This document shows, piece by piece, positions 12,618 to 23,109 of a stretch of DNA of 64,000 nucleotides; the stretch's first letter is position 1; every line of letters starts with the position of its first letter. The stretch is from Candidatus Dadabacteria bacterium UBA1144 (GTDB lineage: Bacteria > Desulfobacterota_D > UBA1144), in NCBI GenBank assembly GCA_002311855.1, contig DCAB01000012.1:42523-106522 (forward strand), given 5' to 3'. The notes under the pieces are model-generated. The model worked only from the letters and a program-made list of their open reading frames with translations. It was not told the origin of the DNA and did not search any database. The position numbers and the translations under genes were made by a program.

Positions 12618-13912
12618 TTGGATTTGATAACCCTTTTTAATATAAATTCAGCGTTATTGAATAAATTTTTGAAGCTAAAACATTTTTCAATTTCTTTTTT
12701 AGTTAAATATTTAGTAATTTTAGAATCGTTTAACAATAAATCTTTAAAATCTCTCTTACGCTCCCATGCAACAAGAGCATTATCCTGAACCATTTTGTAA
12801 GACTTCTCTCTGCTCAAACCCTTTTCTATCAATTTTACTAGTACGTTTTGAGAAAAAATCACACCGTTTGATTTCCATATATTTGACAACATGTTTTCTT
12901 CGTAAATATTTAAATTTTTTAACATATAATTTAGTCTGTATAGCATAAAATGAGTTAGTATTGAGGAATCAGGACAAATTACTCTTTCTACTGAGGAGTG
13001 ACTAATGTCTCGCTCATGCCATAGTGGGATATTTTCGAATGCAGCGACAGTATTAGCTCTAACAATTCTTGAAAGACCGGTTAAATTCTCTGATAAAATC
13101 GGATTTCTTTTATGAGGCATCGCAGATGAGCCTTTTTGATTTTTTAAAAAAGGTTCTTCTACTTCCAGAACTTCAGTTCTTTGCATATGTCTAATCTGTA
13201 CGGCGATTCTTTCTATAGCCGATGCAATAAAAGATAGTGAAGAAAAATAGTCAGCATGGAAGTCTCTATTGATGATTTGACTGCTTATATTTGCAGGTTT
13301 TAATTTTAAAATGAAGCATGCTTTAGTCTCAATCTTAGGTGAAACATTCGAGTAGGTTCCAACGGCACCAGAAATTTTACCAACACTACAGAGCTTGATA
13401 GATGCTTCAAGCCTTTTCTTCGCTCTTTTTATTTCATCAAGCCAATTTCCTATTACAAGTCCAAAAGTAGTAACTTCTGCGTGTACACCATGGGATCTCC
13501 CTATTATTGGTGTTTTAATATATTTTTTGGACATTTTTATTAAAGTTTTTATTAGTTTATCAATCTCTAATTGTATAAGATTTCCTGATTCCACAATTAA
13601 TAGTGAGAGTGAAGTATCCAAAATATCGGATGAAGTTAAACCCAAATGGATAAATCTTGAATCCTTACCTATTGATTCAGCTAGGTTTGTAGTAAATGCT
13701 ACAACATCATGCTTTACTACTTTTTCTATCGATTCAATTCTTTTTACAGAAAATTTTGCTTTTCTTTTGATATTTTTTACTGAAACTTTAGGAATAAAAC
13801 CATAAAATGACCAAGCTTCACAAACGGCAATCTCTACGTCAAGCCACTTTTGGTATCTATTTTGTTCTGACCAAACAAACTCCATTTGATCCAAACTATA
13901 TCTTTTAATCAT
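12614..13912 (-). CDS. purB: adenylosuccinate lyase
   Basis: 432 aa; fumarate-lyase signature GSSAMPHKRNP; PurB-like N-terminus. Confidence 0.92.
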   Translation of the reverse strand: MIKRYSLDQMEFVWSEQNRYQKWLDVEIAVCEAWSFYGFIPKVSVKNIKRKAKFSVKRIESIEKVVKHDVVAFTTNLAESIGKDSRFIHLGLTSSDILDTSLSLLIVESGNLIQLEIDKLIKTLIKMSKKYIKTPIIGRSHGVHAEVTTFGLVIGNWLDEIKRAKKRLEASIKLCSVGKISGAVGTYSNVSPKIETKACFILKLKPANISSQIINRDFHADYFSSLSFIASAIERIAVQIRHMQRTEVLEVEEPFLKNQKGSSAMPHKRNPILSENLTGLSRIVRANTVAAFENIPLWHERDISHSSVERVICPDSSILTHFMLYRLNYMLKNLNIYEENMLSNIWKSNGVIFSQNVLVKLIEKGLSREKSYKMVQDNALVAWERKRDFKDLLLNDSKITKYLTKKEIEKCFSFKNLFNNAEFILKRVIKSK

Positions 13913-13996
13913 AGAATTCCTTAGAGGATATTAACATAACATTGTTATAAACTCTTTCCCAAACTTGTTAATTAGACTTGATTCATTATAATTTTT

Positions 13997-15019
13997 ATGA
14001 TGAATCCGTTAAAAACGATTTTTTCGATAATTAGTGCAATTGCCTGTTTTTGGATCACATTTACTGGGCTAAAACCTGGAGGAGACCTATTGCTTCCATA
14101 CTCAGTTGGCATAGGTCTGTTTTGCGGTATCATAACATTTGCTTTAGTTTATTATTCCGAGAAAGTATTCACCAATTTAAGTGCCAAAGCACTTGTTGGT
14201 GCAACAGTTGGTATAGCTGCTGCTTTATTGCTATTTCTAACTTTTAACTACTTCTCACAGATAGTAGGATTAAGCACCAAGTATCCTCCTTTTACATATC
14301 CGATAGTTTTCTTATCTACCATATGTCTTGGAATCGCAGTTGGTTTAAAAAAAGGTAGTAATCCAGACCCTGCTAAAAAGGCAAATGATGAGTATTTTCA
14401 CGCTAAAATTCTTGATACAAGTGCAATAATTGATGGAAGAATCTCCGATATTTCTGAAGTTGGTTTTGTTGAGGGTTCAATTGTAGTGCCACAATTCGTT
14501 ATCAGAGAATTGCAATGGATTGCAGATTCAAATGATAATTTAAAGAAGGTGCGAGGGAGAAGGGGGCTCGAAATATTAAAAAAAATGCAGGATCAAAAGA
14601 ATGTGCAAGTCAAAATCCTTGATAGAGATTTTACCAATATAAAAGAAGTTGATCTAAAATTAGTAAGACTTGCCAAGGAACTAAGAGCTCATCTTGTTAC
14701 AAACGACTTCAATTTAACTAAAGTAGCCAATCTCCAAAATGTCAAAGTTCTCAATGTCAATCAACTAGCAAATTCTTTGAGACCCGTCGTCCTTCCTGGT
14801 GAACATATGAGGATTAAAGTTATAAAAGAAGGCAAAGATGAAAAGCAAGGAGTAGGATATCTCGAGGATGGAACAATGGTAGTAATAGATAATGCAAGAA
14901 AGCACATTAATGCAGATATAAACATTATAATAACCAGCGTAATACAAACCCCTACTGGTCGTATGATATTCTCCAAGTTGGGAGATATCCGAGATAGAGA
15001 CAGCGCCATATCTAATTAG
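13997..15019 (+). CDS. PIN/TRAM domain membrane protein (YacL-like)
   Basis: 340 aa; about 4 N-terminal TM helices, then a PIN domain and a C-terminal TRAM-like domain; lies upstream of ispD-ispF as yacL does in Bacillus. Confidence 0.75.
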   Translation: MMNPLKTIFSIISAIACFWITFTGLKPGGDLLLPYSVGIGLFCGIITFALVYYSEKVFTNLSAKALVGATVGIAAALLLFLTFNYFSQIVGLSTKYPPFTYPIVFLSTICLGIAVGLKKGSNPDPAKKANDEYFHAKILDTSAIIDGRISDISEVGFVEGSIVVPQFVIRELQWIADSNDNLKKVRGRRGLEILKKMQDQKNVQVKILDRDFTNIKEVDLKLVRLAKELRAHLVTNDFNLTKVANLQNVKVLNVNQLANSLRPVVLPGEHMRIKVIKEGKDEKQGVGYLEDGTMVVIDNARKHINADINIIITSVIQTPTGRMIFSKLGDIRDRDSAISN

Positions 15020-15021
15020 GA

Positions 15022-15717
15022 ATGTCTCAAAAAAACTTATCTTTTATAATAACATCAGGTGGAAAAGGATTAAGATTTGGCAAAACAAGAAAGGGTAAAC
15101 AGTTCGAACTAGTAAATGGAGTACCAATTTTTATTTATCCGCTAAAGGCAATATCGAAAATAAAAAATCAAACGGAAATAATCCTAACAATTGATAAATC
15201 AATAAGAACTGCATATATTGAAAAATTATTAAAGAAATATTCTTTAGATAAAAATGTCATGGTTTGCTATGGTGGTCCAACTAGAGCAAGGAGTGTTTTT
15301 AATGGTTTTAAAAAAATAAAAAGACAAAATGGATATGTGGTCATTCATGACTCCGTTAGGCCTTATTTTGATTTAAAAAAAATGAATCAAATGATTAAAT
15401 CGATTAATAATTATTCCGGAATAATTTTGGCATCTAAAATTCAAGATACAGTTAAAAAAATAAAAAATAACAATTTAGTCAAAAATACAATCGGTAGAGA
15501 CAATTTGTGGATTTCTGAGACTCCACAAATTTTTAGGTATAGCATATTAAAAAAGTGTTATGAGATGGATTTGAAATTTTTTAGATACACGGATGAATCA
15601 GAGCTTCTTGAGAATAATGGTTTTAGAGTTAGAATCTTTGAGAACAATCAATACAACAATAAAATAACAACAAAGAAAGATTTGGAGATCTATAAATTAT
15701 TATTTAAGAATGTATAG
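15022..15717 (+). CDS. ispD: 2-C-methyl-D-erythritol 4-phosphate cytidylyltransferase
   Basis: 231 aa; N-terminal IITSGGKGLRFG nucleotide-binding motif; start overlaps the ispF start region. Confidence 0.9.
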   Translation: MSQKNLSFIITSGGKGLRFGKTRKGKQFELVNGVPIFIYPLKAISKIKNQTEIILTIDKSIRTAYIEKLLKKYSLDKNVMVCYGGPTRARSVFNGFKKIKRQNGYVVIHDSVRPYFDLKKMNQMIKSINNYSGIILASKIQDTVKKIKNNNLVKNTIGRDNLWISETPQIFRYSILKKCYEMDLKFFRYTDESELLENNGFRVRIFENNQYNNKITTKKDLEIYKLLFKNV

Positions 15718-16201
15718 AATAGGCTTAGGTTACGATATTCATAGATTAGTTAAAAATAGAAAGCTCTTTATAGGGGGAATACCTATTCCTTCAAGTTTTG
15801 GTTTAGATGGTCATTCTGATGCTGACCTATTAATTCATAGCATATGTGATTCCATACTTGGAGCACTGGCAAAAGGAGATATTGGAACACATTTCAGCAA
15901 TAAAAATCCAAAATATAAAAACAAAAGAAGCAATTATTTCTTAGTCGAAGTACTAAAAATTATGAGGAAAGAAGGATATAGGATCATCAATATAGATTCA
16001 ACCCTAATTTGCGAGAAACCAAAGTTGAATAGATATAAAAATAAAATAACAAAATCTCTTGAGAAAAAATTAAAGACTCCTAAAGAATATATATCTGTTA
16101 AGGCAACTACTTCCGAAGGTCTGGGACCAATTGGTATGAGCATGGCCATTGCATGCAAAACGGTCGTTTTGATTAAAAAGCAAGCCGGATGCAATACATA
16201 G
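15710..16201 (+). CDS. ispF: 2-C-methyl-D-erythritol 2,4-cyclodiphosphate synthase
   Basis: 163 aa; IGLGYDIHRL...GHSDADLLIHSICDSILGA is diagnostic of IspF. Confidence 0.93.
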   Translation: MYRIGLGYDIHRLVKNRKLFIGGIPIPSSFGLDGHSDADLLIHSICDSILGALAKGDIGTHFSNKNPKYKNKRSNYFLVEVLKIMRKEGYRIINIDSTLICEKPKLNRYKNKITKSLEKKLKTPKEYISVKATTSEGLGPIGMSMAIACKTVVLIKKQAGCNT

Positions 16202-17088
16202 CTTCTAATAAAGGATTTTTGGGGATAAAAAATCCCAGCATTAAAGATACTAGAGTAATAATAGTCCCTTATGGACTAGAAAATACTGTGAGCTACGGCA
16301 AGGGTACCAGCAATGGGCCAAAGGAGATAATCAGAGCATCTCACCAAGTTGAGCTTTACGATGAGGAACTCGGCTACGAACCTCACAACGAAATAGGAAT
16401 AAGAACAATGAAGCCAAAGAAAATGCCAAAAAATAATCCTGCGGCCTTAAAGCTTCTAGAGCAAACAGTTGACGAAATTTGGAAACTGGGCAAATTCCCT
16501 TTCGTCTTGGGAGGAGAACATACAATTACATCTGGATCAATTAGACCGTTTGTTAATAATCTTGAGAAATTAACTATTGTTCACTTTGATGCACATGCTG
16601 ATTTAAGAAATAGCTACGAAGGAAGAAAGCTTTCTCACGCATGCGCTATCAGGAGGTGTCTCGATTACAAAAATGTCGATATAGTTTCTATTGGCATAAG
16701 AAATATATCACGTGAAGAATTCGGGTTTGCAAAAGAGAATGGGAAAAGAGTTAAAATCTTCTGGGCAAAAGATAAAATTAGTTCTCGGCTAAAAGAAATT
16801 GTAAAACAGATAAAAGGTAAAAATGTGTACATAAGTTTCGACCTTGATGTTTTTGACCCTAGTTTGATGGCAGCTACTGGAACTCCAGAGCCTGGAGGAT
16901 TATTTTGGAACGAGACTATAGACATAATAAAAGCCGTAATACGAAACTCGGAGGTTTTTGGAGTTGATATTAATGAACTCGCACCAATAAAAGGCTTTCA
17001 TTCATATAATTTTCTTGCAGCAAAATTGTGTTATAAAATAATTTCATACAGGTTTCATCGCTTTCCTTTGAGGGAACGAGTAAGATAG
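16189..17088 (+). CDS. arginase/agmatinase-family ureohydrolase (SpeB-like)
   Basis: 299 aa; metal-binding motifs GGEHT, DAHADL, SFDLDVFDP. Confidence 0.8.
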   Translation: MQYIASNKGFLGIKNPSIKDTRVIIVPYGLENTVSYGKGTSNGPKEIIRASHQVELYDEELGYEPHNEIGIRTMKPKKMPKNNPAALKLLEQTVDEIWKLGKFPFVLGGEHTITSGSIRPFVNNLEKLTIVHFDAHADLRNSYEGRKLSHACAIRRCLDYKNVDIVSIGIRNISREEFGFAKENGKRVKIFWAKDKISSRLKEIVKQIKGKNVYISFDLDVFDPSLMAATGTPEPGGLFWNETIDIIKAVIRNSEVFGVDINELAPIKGFHSYNFLAAKLCYKIISYRFHRFPLRERVR

Positions 17089-17190
17089 GCAGAGGAACCA
17101 AAGCCATGAATAACTTTGTATGCTGAGAAAAGAAAAGAAGATAGTGTATATTTATATCTGTTATAAATTAATTTTGGAAGGGGGAACATA

Positions 17191-17793
17191 ATGGCACATT
17201 CATTACCTGAATTAGGCTATGCGTATGATGCGTTAGAGCCACATATCGATGCTAAGACGATGGAAATACATCATTCGAAGCATCATCAAACTTATATTAC
17301 CAATTTAAACGCGGCTCTGGAAAAATACCCTGAGCTTTTTGAAAAAAGTGTTGAAGATTTATTAATAAATTTAGAGGACATCCCTGAATCTATTAGGGTA
17401 GCCGTAAGAAATGGTGGTGGTGGCCATTCTAACCATTCTCTTTTTTGGAAAATAATATCTCCAAACAACTCTAAGAATCCTGAAGAAAAACTTGCCAATG
17501 CCATTGATTCAGACTTTGGTAGCTTCGAAAATTTCCAAAAAGATTTTACAGAAAAAGCAACCAAACAGTTTGGTAGTGGCTGGGGATGGCTTTCTCAAGA
17601 CAAGAGTGGAAAGCTTGTTTGTATTTCAACACCTAATCAGGATAGTCCACTATCTTCTGGGCTAACACCATTGTTAGGAATAGATGTTTGGGAACATGCA
17701 TATTATCTAACATATCAGAACAGAAGGCCCGATTATATAAAAGCTTTCTGGGAGATTATTAACTGGCAAGCTGTTGAAAATAATTTGAAATAA
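17191..17793 (+). CDS. Fe/Mn superoxide dismutase
   Basis: 200 aa; conserved His ligands (HHSKHH, ...DVWEHAYY); the sequence does not decide Fe versus Mn. Confidence 0.93.
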   Translation: MAHSLPELGYAYDALEPHIDAKTMEIHHSKHHQTYITNLNAALEKYPELFEKSVEDLLINLEDIPESIRVAVRNGGGGHSNHSLFWKIISPNNSKNPEEKLANAIDSDFGSFENFQKDFTEKATKQFGSGWGWLSQDKSGKLVCISTPNQDSPLSSGLTPLLGIDVWEHAYYLTYQNRRPDYIKAFWEIINWQAVENNLK

Positions 17794-17797
17794 AAAA

Positions 17798-19477
17798 ATG
17801 AAGAATAAAAAATTTTCAGCTGTCGTAACGGAAGGCCTAGATAAAGCTCCGAATAGGGCGATGCTTAGAGCTGTAGGTTTCAAGAATCCGGACTTTGATA
17901 AACCAATGATTGGTGTCGCTTCAACTTGGGCAATGGTTACTCCATGCAATATGCATATCAATAAATTGGCCGATTTTGCTGCCAAAGGTGTTAATACAAG
18001 TGGAGGTAAATCAGTTATATTTAATACAATTACTGTTTCAGATGGTATATCGATGGGTACCCCTGGTATGAAATATTCACTTATATCAAGAGAGGTAATT
18101 GCAGATTCAATCGAAACAGTTACGGGAGCCGAGGGATTTGATGGCATCGTTGCCATCGGAGGATGTGACAAAAACATGCCTGGCTGTCTCATGGCAATGG
18201 CAAGACTTAATAGACCTTCTATTTTTATCTATGGTGGATCCATAATGCCAGGAACTTACAATAAAAAACCTGTTGATATAGTATCAGTATTTGAAGCTGT
18301 GGGAGAATATTCAAATAAATCAATCTCAAAATCTGAACTAATAAAAATTGAAAAATGTGCAATTCCTGGACCTGGATCTTGTGGGGGCATGTATACAGCA
18401 AATACAATGGCTTCTGCAATAGAAGCACTAGGCATGAGTCTACCCGGAAGTTCTACTCAAATTGCTATTTCAAAAAACAAAGAACTCGATTGTATCGAAT
18501 CGGGCAAAGCTCTTTTAAACTTGATTAAAAAAGATATCAAACCAAGAGATATTATGACAAAAAAGGCTTTTGAAAATGCAATTACTGTAACTATTGCATT
18601 AGGTGGATCTACAAATGCTGTTCTTCATCTTTTAGCAATGGCAAGTGCTGCGGGAGTTAATCTAAAAATAGATGATTTCACAAAAATTGGGAAAAAAGTT
18701 CCGGTATTAGCCGATTTAAAACCAAGTGGAACTTATATGATGGCAAAATTTTGTGAAATAGGAGGATTACCCCCTCTGCTAAAAAGGCTTTTAAATGCGG
18801 GATTAATCCATGGAGAATGTTTAACAGTAACTGGAAAATCAATTAAAGAAAATTTAAGTGGGGTAAAAGATAATTTAGGAGCAGATGTTATAAAAAAAGT
18901 TAAGAGTCCAATTAAAAAAAATAGTCATATTGTTATATTAAAGGGGAATATTTCCCCTGAAGGATCCGTTGCAAAAATTTCTGGAAAAGAAGGTTATTCT
19001 TTTCACGGAAAAGCAATCGTTTTTGATTCTGAAGAACAATGTATGGATGCCATTCTGAAGAAAAAAATCAAAAAAGGAAATGTCATCGTAATTAGGTATG
19101 AAGGACCTAAGGGTGGTCCTGGAATGAGAGAGATGCTGGCTCCAACATCCGCTATCACAGGCCAAGGCTTAGGTTCCGATGTCGCATTAATTACTGATGG
19201 GAGATTTTCTGGTGGTACCCACGGATTTGTTGTGGGTCATATAACCCCTGAAGCTTTTGATGGTGGTCTTATTGCATTGATTCAAAATGGGGATACCATA
19301 AGAATTAATTCTTCCAAAAGAACTATTCAACTCGAAGTCTCAAATAAAGAAATCAACTTAAGAAGAAAAAAATGGAAACAGCCTTCGCAAAAACATCTTA
19401 ATGGAGCAATGTATAAATATTCTCTGCTAGTTAGCTCCGCTTCCGATGGAGCGATAACTGATGGTCAAGTTAGATAA
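17798..19477 (+). CDS. ilvD: dihydroxy-acid dehydratase
   Basis: 559 aa; conserved IlvD/EDD sequence including the CDKNMPG cysteine motif. Confidence 0.95.
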   Translation: MKNKKFSAVVTEGLDKAPNRAMLRAVGFKNPDFDKPMIGVASTWAMVTPCNMHINKLADFAAKGVNTSGGKSVIFNTITVSDGISMGTPGMKYSLISREVIADSIETVTGAEGFDGIVAIGGCDKNMPGCLMAMARLNRPSIFIYGGSIMPGTYNKKPVDIVSVFEAVGEYSNKSISKSELIKIEKCAIPGPGSCGGMYTANTMASAIEALGMSLPGSSTQIAISKNKELDCIESGKALLNLIKKDIKPRDIMTKKAFENAITVTIALGGSTNAVLHLLAMASAAGVNLKIDDFTKIGKKVPVLADLKPSGTYMMAKFCEIGGLPPLLKRLLNAGLIHGECLTVTGKSIKENLSGVKDNLGADVIKKVKSPIKKNSHIVILKGNISPEGSVAKISGKEGYSFHGKAIVFDSEEQCMDAILKKKIKKGNVIVIRYEGPKGGPGMREMLAPTSAITGQGLGSDVALITDGRFSGGTHGFVVGHITPEAFDGGLIALIQNGDTIRINSSKRTIQLEVSNKEINLRRKKWKQPSQKHLNGAMYKYSLLVSSASDGAITDGQVR

Positions 19478-19482
19478 ATAAT

Positions 19483-20688
19483 ATGAGTAGCCTTAAAAAT
19501 AAAAACATATTAGTAGGAGTTACCGGAAGTATTTCCATATATAAATCTTGTGAGCTCATAAGAATGTTAATCAAGGAGGAAGCTAATGTTAATGTTGTAA
19601 TGACTTCAAACGCAGAAAAATTTGTAAGCAGTATGACGTTTCAATCTCTCTCAGGAAAAAAAGTTTTTACAAACATGTATGATACTGATGAGTCAAGCAT
19701 TACTCACATAAATCTTGCTGATAGCTCCGATTTAATTATAATTTGTCCAGCAACTGCAAATTTTATTTCTAAATATGCGAACGGAATAGCAGATGATTTA
19801 CTTCTCAATATTTTGATTGCAACAAAATCAAATGTCACAATTTGCCCTGCAATGAATGTAAATATGTTTAACAACCCCCTGATTCAAGAAAATATTAAGA
19901 AACTGTCTAAATTAGGAGTTGATTTTATAGAGCCTGATTCTGGTGATTTGGCATGTGGTTGGGAAGGCAAAGGAAGGCTGGCGAGTTTGGACAGAATATC
20001 GATGTCAATAAAAAAAAAAGTTTCAAGTAACGACCTTAAAGAAGAAAAAGTTTTAATCACTTGTGGGGCAACGAGGGAATATCTAGACCCTATAAGATTT
20101 ATATCAAATCCCTCATCGGGAAAAATGGGACTTTGTTTAGCTAATGAATTTTTCTATAGAGGTGCCGATATAAAAATAATATCTGGGTATGTCGAAGAGA
20201 GTTTCGATTTCTTTCCAAATTATCTCAAGTGTGAGTCTTCCAACGATATGGCTAAACATATTATCAAAGATTTAAAAAATTATAGTGTAATTATAAAATC
20301 TGCTGCTGTTGGTGATTACAAATTCAAGAAAGTTTTAAAGAATAAAATGAAGAAAGAAGATCAGGAAATTAGTTTTGACATGGAACCTACGATAGATATT
20401 TTGCACCAAATAGGGGCAAAGAAAAATAAAAATCAAATTTTAATCGGCTTTTGTGCGGAAACCGACAATATAATCAATAATGCAAAGATGAAAATCAAAA
20501 AAAAGAATTTAGATTTTATTGTTGCAAATGACATATCAAAGAAAGGTGCTGGTTTTGGAAGCGACAAGAGCTTTTCTTTTCTAATATCTAGAAACGGAAA
20601 CACAGAAGAACTAGGTTTAATTCCCAAAGAAACCCTGTCAAAAGAAATAGCCAACAAGGTAAGCGAATTTAGACAGGACCTATCCTAG
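19483..20688 (+). CDS. coaBC: bifunctional phosphopantothenoylcysteine decarboxylase / phosphopantothenate-cysteine ligase
   Basis: 401 aa; N-terminal flavoprotein domain (ILVGVTGSIS...) and C-terminal CoaB domain. Confidence 0.9.
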   Translation: MSSLKNKNILVGVTGSISIYKSCELIRMLIKEEANVNVVMTSNAEKFVSSMTFQSLSGKKVFTNMYDTDESSITHINLADSSDLIIICPATANFISKYANGIADDLLLNILIATKSNVTICPAMNVNMFNNPLIQENIKKLSKLGVDFIEPDSGDLACGWEGKGRLASLDRISMSIKKKVSSNDLKEEKVLITCGATREYLDPIRFISNPSSGKMGLCLANEFFYRGADIKIISGYVEESFDFFPNYLKCESSNDMAKHIIKDLKNYSVIIKSAAVGDYKFKKVLKNKMKKEDQEISFDMEPTIDILHQIGAKKNKNQILIGFCAETDNIINNAKMKIKKKNLDFIVANDISKKGAGFGSDKSFSFLISRNGNTEELGLIPKETLSKEIANKVSEFRQDLS

Positions 20689-20736
20689 ATAATAGAAAAT
20701 GTACCCGTTTCAATCCTTTCTACCGGACTAAAACTA

Positions 20737-21084
20737 CTAAGTAGTAGACGAGCTACCAAACGAGCTACCAAACGAGCCACCATCTGAGGGTGCAACTGGT
20801 GCTACTAGAACCGCATCTTTACAAGATTTCGAAACTCTAAATTTAACAACTTTTTTCGCGGGAATTTGGATAGTTGCACCGGTTTGAGGATTTCTTCCTT
20901 GTCTAGCCTTTCGATCAACAAGTACTAACTTCCCTAGTCCTGGAAGAGTGAAGCTCCCATTGGCTTTAGCTTCATCACAAGCAAGGCTTGCAAAAGTATC
21001 CAGAAAACGACTTGCCTCAACTTTCGATATTTCCAATCTTCCAGCTAACGCTGCTGTTATCTGTGATTTTGTAAGTGCTCCCAT
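20737..21084 (-). CDS. HU/IHF-family nucleoid protein with atypical Ser/Gly-rich C-terminal tail
   Basis: 115 aa; HU arm signature ...RKARQGRNPQTGATIQIPAKKVVKF; about 25 extra C-terminal residues ...SDGGSFGSSFGSSSTT encoded by a tandem 12-nt repeat; locally higher GC. Confidence 0.8.
   Translation of the reverse strand: MGALTKSQITAALAGRLEISKVEASRFLDTFASLACDEAKANGSFTLPGLGKLVLVDRKARQGRNPQTGATIQIPAKKVVKFRVSKSCKDAVLVAPVAPSDGGSFGSSFGSSSTT
20749..20782. repeat. tandem 12-nt repeat (CGAGCTACCAAA, about 2.8 copies) inside the 3' end of the HU gene
   Basis: read directly: cgagctaccaaa cgagctaccaaa cgagccacca; it encodes the (SSFG)n tail on the minus strand. Confidence 0.8.
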
Positions 21085-21218
21085 ATTATTAGCCTCCTGA
21101 TAATACTATTTGCCTTATTCCCTTATAATAGTTTTTTAATAGTAAAAATGCAAGGTTTATCTAATAAAATTTATGCATTTTATTAAATCAGTTTTTCAAC
21201 GAAAGGGAAATTTTTAAC

Positions 21219-21749
21219 CTATAATAACTCACTGATTTTAAATATTGGCCTATATTCCAAACCTTCTTTAAGAAATCTTTCAATAGCTCCCATCTCTCTG
21301 TCGACTATAGATAATATTAATTTTATTGAACATCCCCGATTTTTGAGCTCCTTAACTGTTTTCGTAATCGAACTACCAGTTGAAACCACATCCTCAACAA
21401 TGGCAATAGAACTATTTGATATATCAGGACCTTCTATTCTCTTTTGTGTTCCATGTTCTTTCTCGTTTGATCTCATTATAAAAGCTTTAAAAACAAATTT
21501 ATCCATATAAGCCCTATATAAAATCGCCCCTACAATAGGATCTGCGCCTATTGAGGGGCCACCCACTATATCTAAATTAGCCTCAGTTATTTGTTTATAG
21601 AAAATATCGGCAACGTAGCCCAGCGAATTAGATGAAAGGGTGTTGATTCTAGCATCTATGTAATAATTACTTGTCTCGCCAGACGATAGGACAAAATCTC
21701 CCTTTAGTATAGAATCTTTTTTTAGAGAATTAAGTAATAAATCTTTCAT
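21219..21749 (-). CDS. pyrE: orotate phosphoribosyltransferase
   Basis: 176 aa; PRPP-binding motif IVEDVVSTGSS. Confidence 0.9.
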   Translation of the reverse strand: MKDLLLNSLKKDSILKGDFVLSSGETSNYYIDARINTLSSNSLGYVADIFYKQITEANLDIVGGPSIGADPIVGAILYRAYMDKFVFKAFIMRSNEKEHGTQKRIEGPDISNSSIAIVEDVVSTGSSITKTVKELKNRGCSIKLILSIVDREMGAIERFLKEGLEYRPIFKISELL

Positions 21750-21795
21750 GAAATCTTAATTATAAGTCATAGTTATTTTGAGTTAAAATAATCAT

Positions 21796-23109
21796 ATGTC
21801 AAAATTTCCACCGGGCGTCGACAGGGCTATAAATTATTCTTTTTTTGATGCTTTATATGAAAGGAGATCCAGGCGTTTCCCAATTGGTGGTAAGATTGAG
21901 GAAGGCCCATTGCAATATAAGTCTAATCATCCACCAACGTCATTAAGTGAGATTGAAGAAGCAATACTGGTTTGGAATGGCCTTGGGATTAAAAGCATAA
22001 ATCTTTCCGATTTTCCTCCGAACAAAGGGTTGGATTTAGAAGTAAAATTTACGAGCAAGACCATACCATCTTTAGGTGATATTCACCGGACCGAATTATT
22101 CTATACAAATGATTCTGGATTATATTTGGTAAAGCAACACGATAAATCACCATCTGATCTTAAAGGTATTGAAGCCCTAAATAAAGAAGAAAAGATTACA
22201 AAAATATTAGAACTTTTCGAAGAATCCAAAATAAAAATACATGATGGTAGAGCAAATCTTCCTACTACACCTCCTGGGCTTGCAATACATAACACCTGGA
22301 GTGTAAATATGCCCGGAACTACTCTAATGATTCCTGTGACGGATTTGTCAGCTGGCTTAATTAATATTTTATTTTTCTACATGCGAGAAGGGCATAGATT
22401 TAATTTTGTTGACGAGTTAAACAAAATGAAGCCTGCCGGGACTAAAAAATGGGTTGAAAATGGGTATATCGACGAAAAAAAAGTTGTTCCTTTAATTGAA
22501 GCTGAAGTTAGATTTGCTAACGGCTACATAGCAGAACAGCCTCTTTTTTGTCAGAATGTTGCACTAACTCAACAAATCCTAGGATTAGGAGGTTGGATGT
22601 TCAGTGGCTTTCAAAGCAGATATATCCTTGGAGCAGATGACCAGTTCAAAGGCCTGGGTTTTACATGTGTGGAAGCTAAAGATCAAGGAAGTGATTGGGG
22701 TGCAGCAGTATCAAAAGCACCAGTTGGCCTAGATGGTCATTTTGAGGCTTTTTGTCCCCCCTACTACAAAAATATGAACGAAGCGGTTGATGCATTCAAT
22801 GATATGAAGTGGAGCAACTGGGAAGAGAAGTTTATGCCTTACAAGGATCCCTCAGGAGTACTAAATGCTACTCCTAGGCCAAGTAAAGAAGAAATTCAAA
22901 TAGTTAAAGATATTTGCAATTATCTGTATGACACATATGGAAGATTCCCTGCATTTTCAGATGCAATGTATTGCAGAATGATGGTCCAATCACACCATCT
23001 AGATCTTGATTTCTACGATAAGTTTTATCCAGAAGGCGCTTATACAGACAATCATAAAAATCACTTTGAATTATGGCATCCTGGTATTATCAATCCGTTC
23101 AATAAGTGA
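21796..23109 (+). CDS. long nitroreductase-superfamily protein (SagB/ThcOx-like dehydrogenase fold), function unknown
   Basis: 437 aa; N-terminal RRSRRF (nitroreductase RxSxRxF); PSLGDIHRTELFY (compare SagB PSAGGxYPxExY); LGLGGWMFSGF (compare NfsA LGLGGVYIGG); locally elevated GC. Confidence 0.5.
   Translation: MSKFPPGVDRAINYSFFDALYERRSRRFPIGGKIEEGPLQYKSNHPPTSLSEIEEAILVWNGLGIKSINLSDFPPNKGLDLEVKFTSKTIPSLGDIHRTELFYTNDSGLYLVKQHDKSPSDLKGIEALNKEEKITKILELFEESKIKIHDGRANLPTTPPGLAIHNTWSVNMPGTTLMIPVTDLSAGLINILFFYMREGHRFNFVDELNKMKPAGTKKWVENGYIDEKKVVPLIEAEVRFANGYIAEQPLFCQNVALTQQILGLGGWMFSGFQSRYILGADDQFKGLGFTCVEAKDQGSDWGAAVSKAPVGLDGHFEAFCPPYYKNMNEAVDAFNDMKWSNWEEKFMPYKDPSGVLNATPRPSKEEIQIVKDICNYLYDTYGRFPAFSDAMYCRMMVQSHHLDLDFYDKFYPEGAYTDNHKNHFELWHPGIINPFNK

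Noticed and set aside
20689-20736. Intrinsic terminator between convergent coaBC and HU
   Set aside because: Only a 5-bp AT-rich stem (CTACT/AGTAG) with no U-tract.
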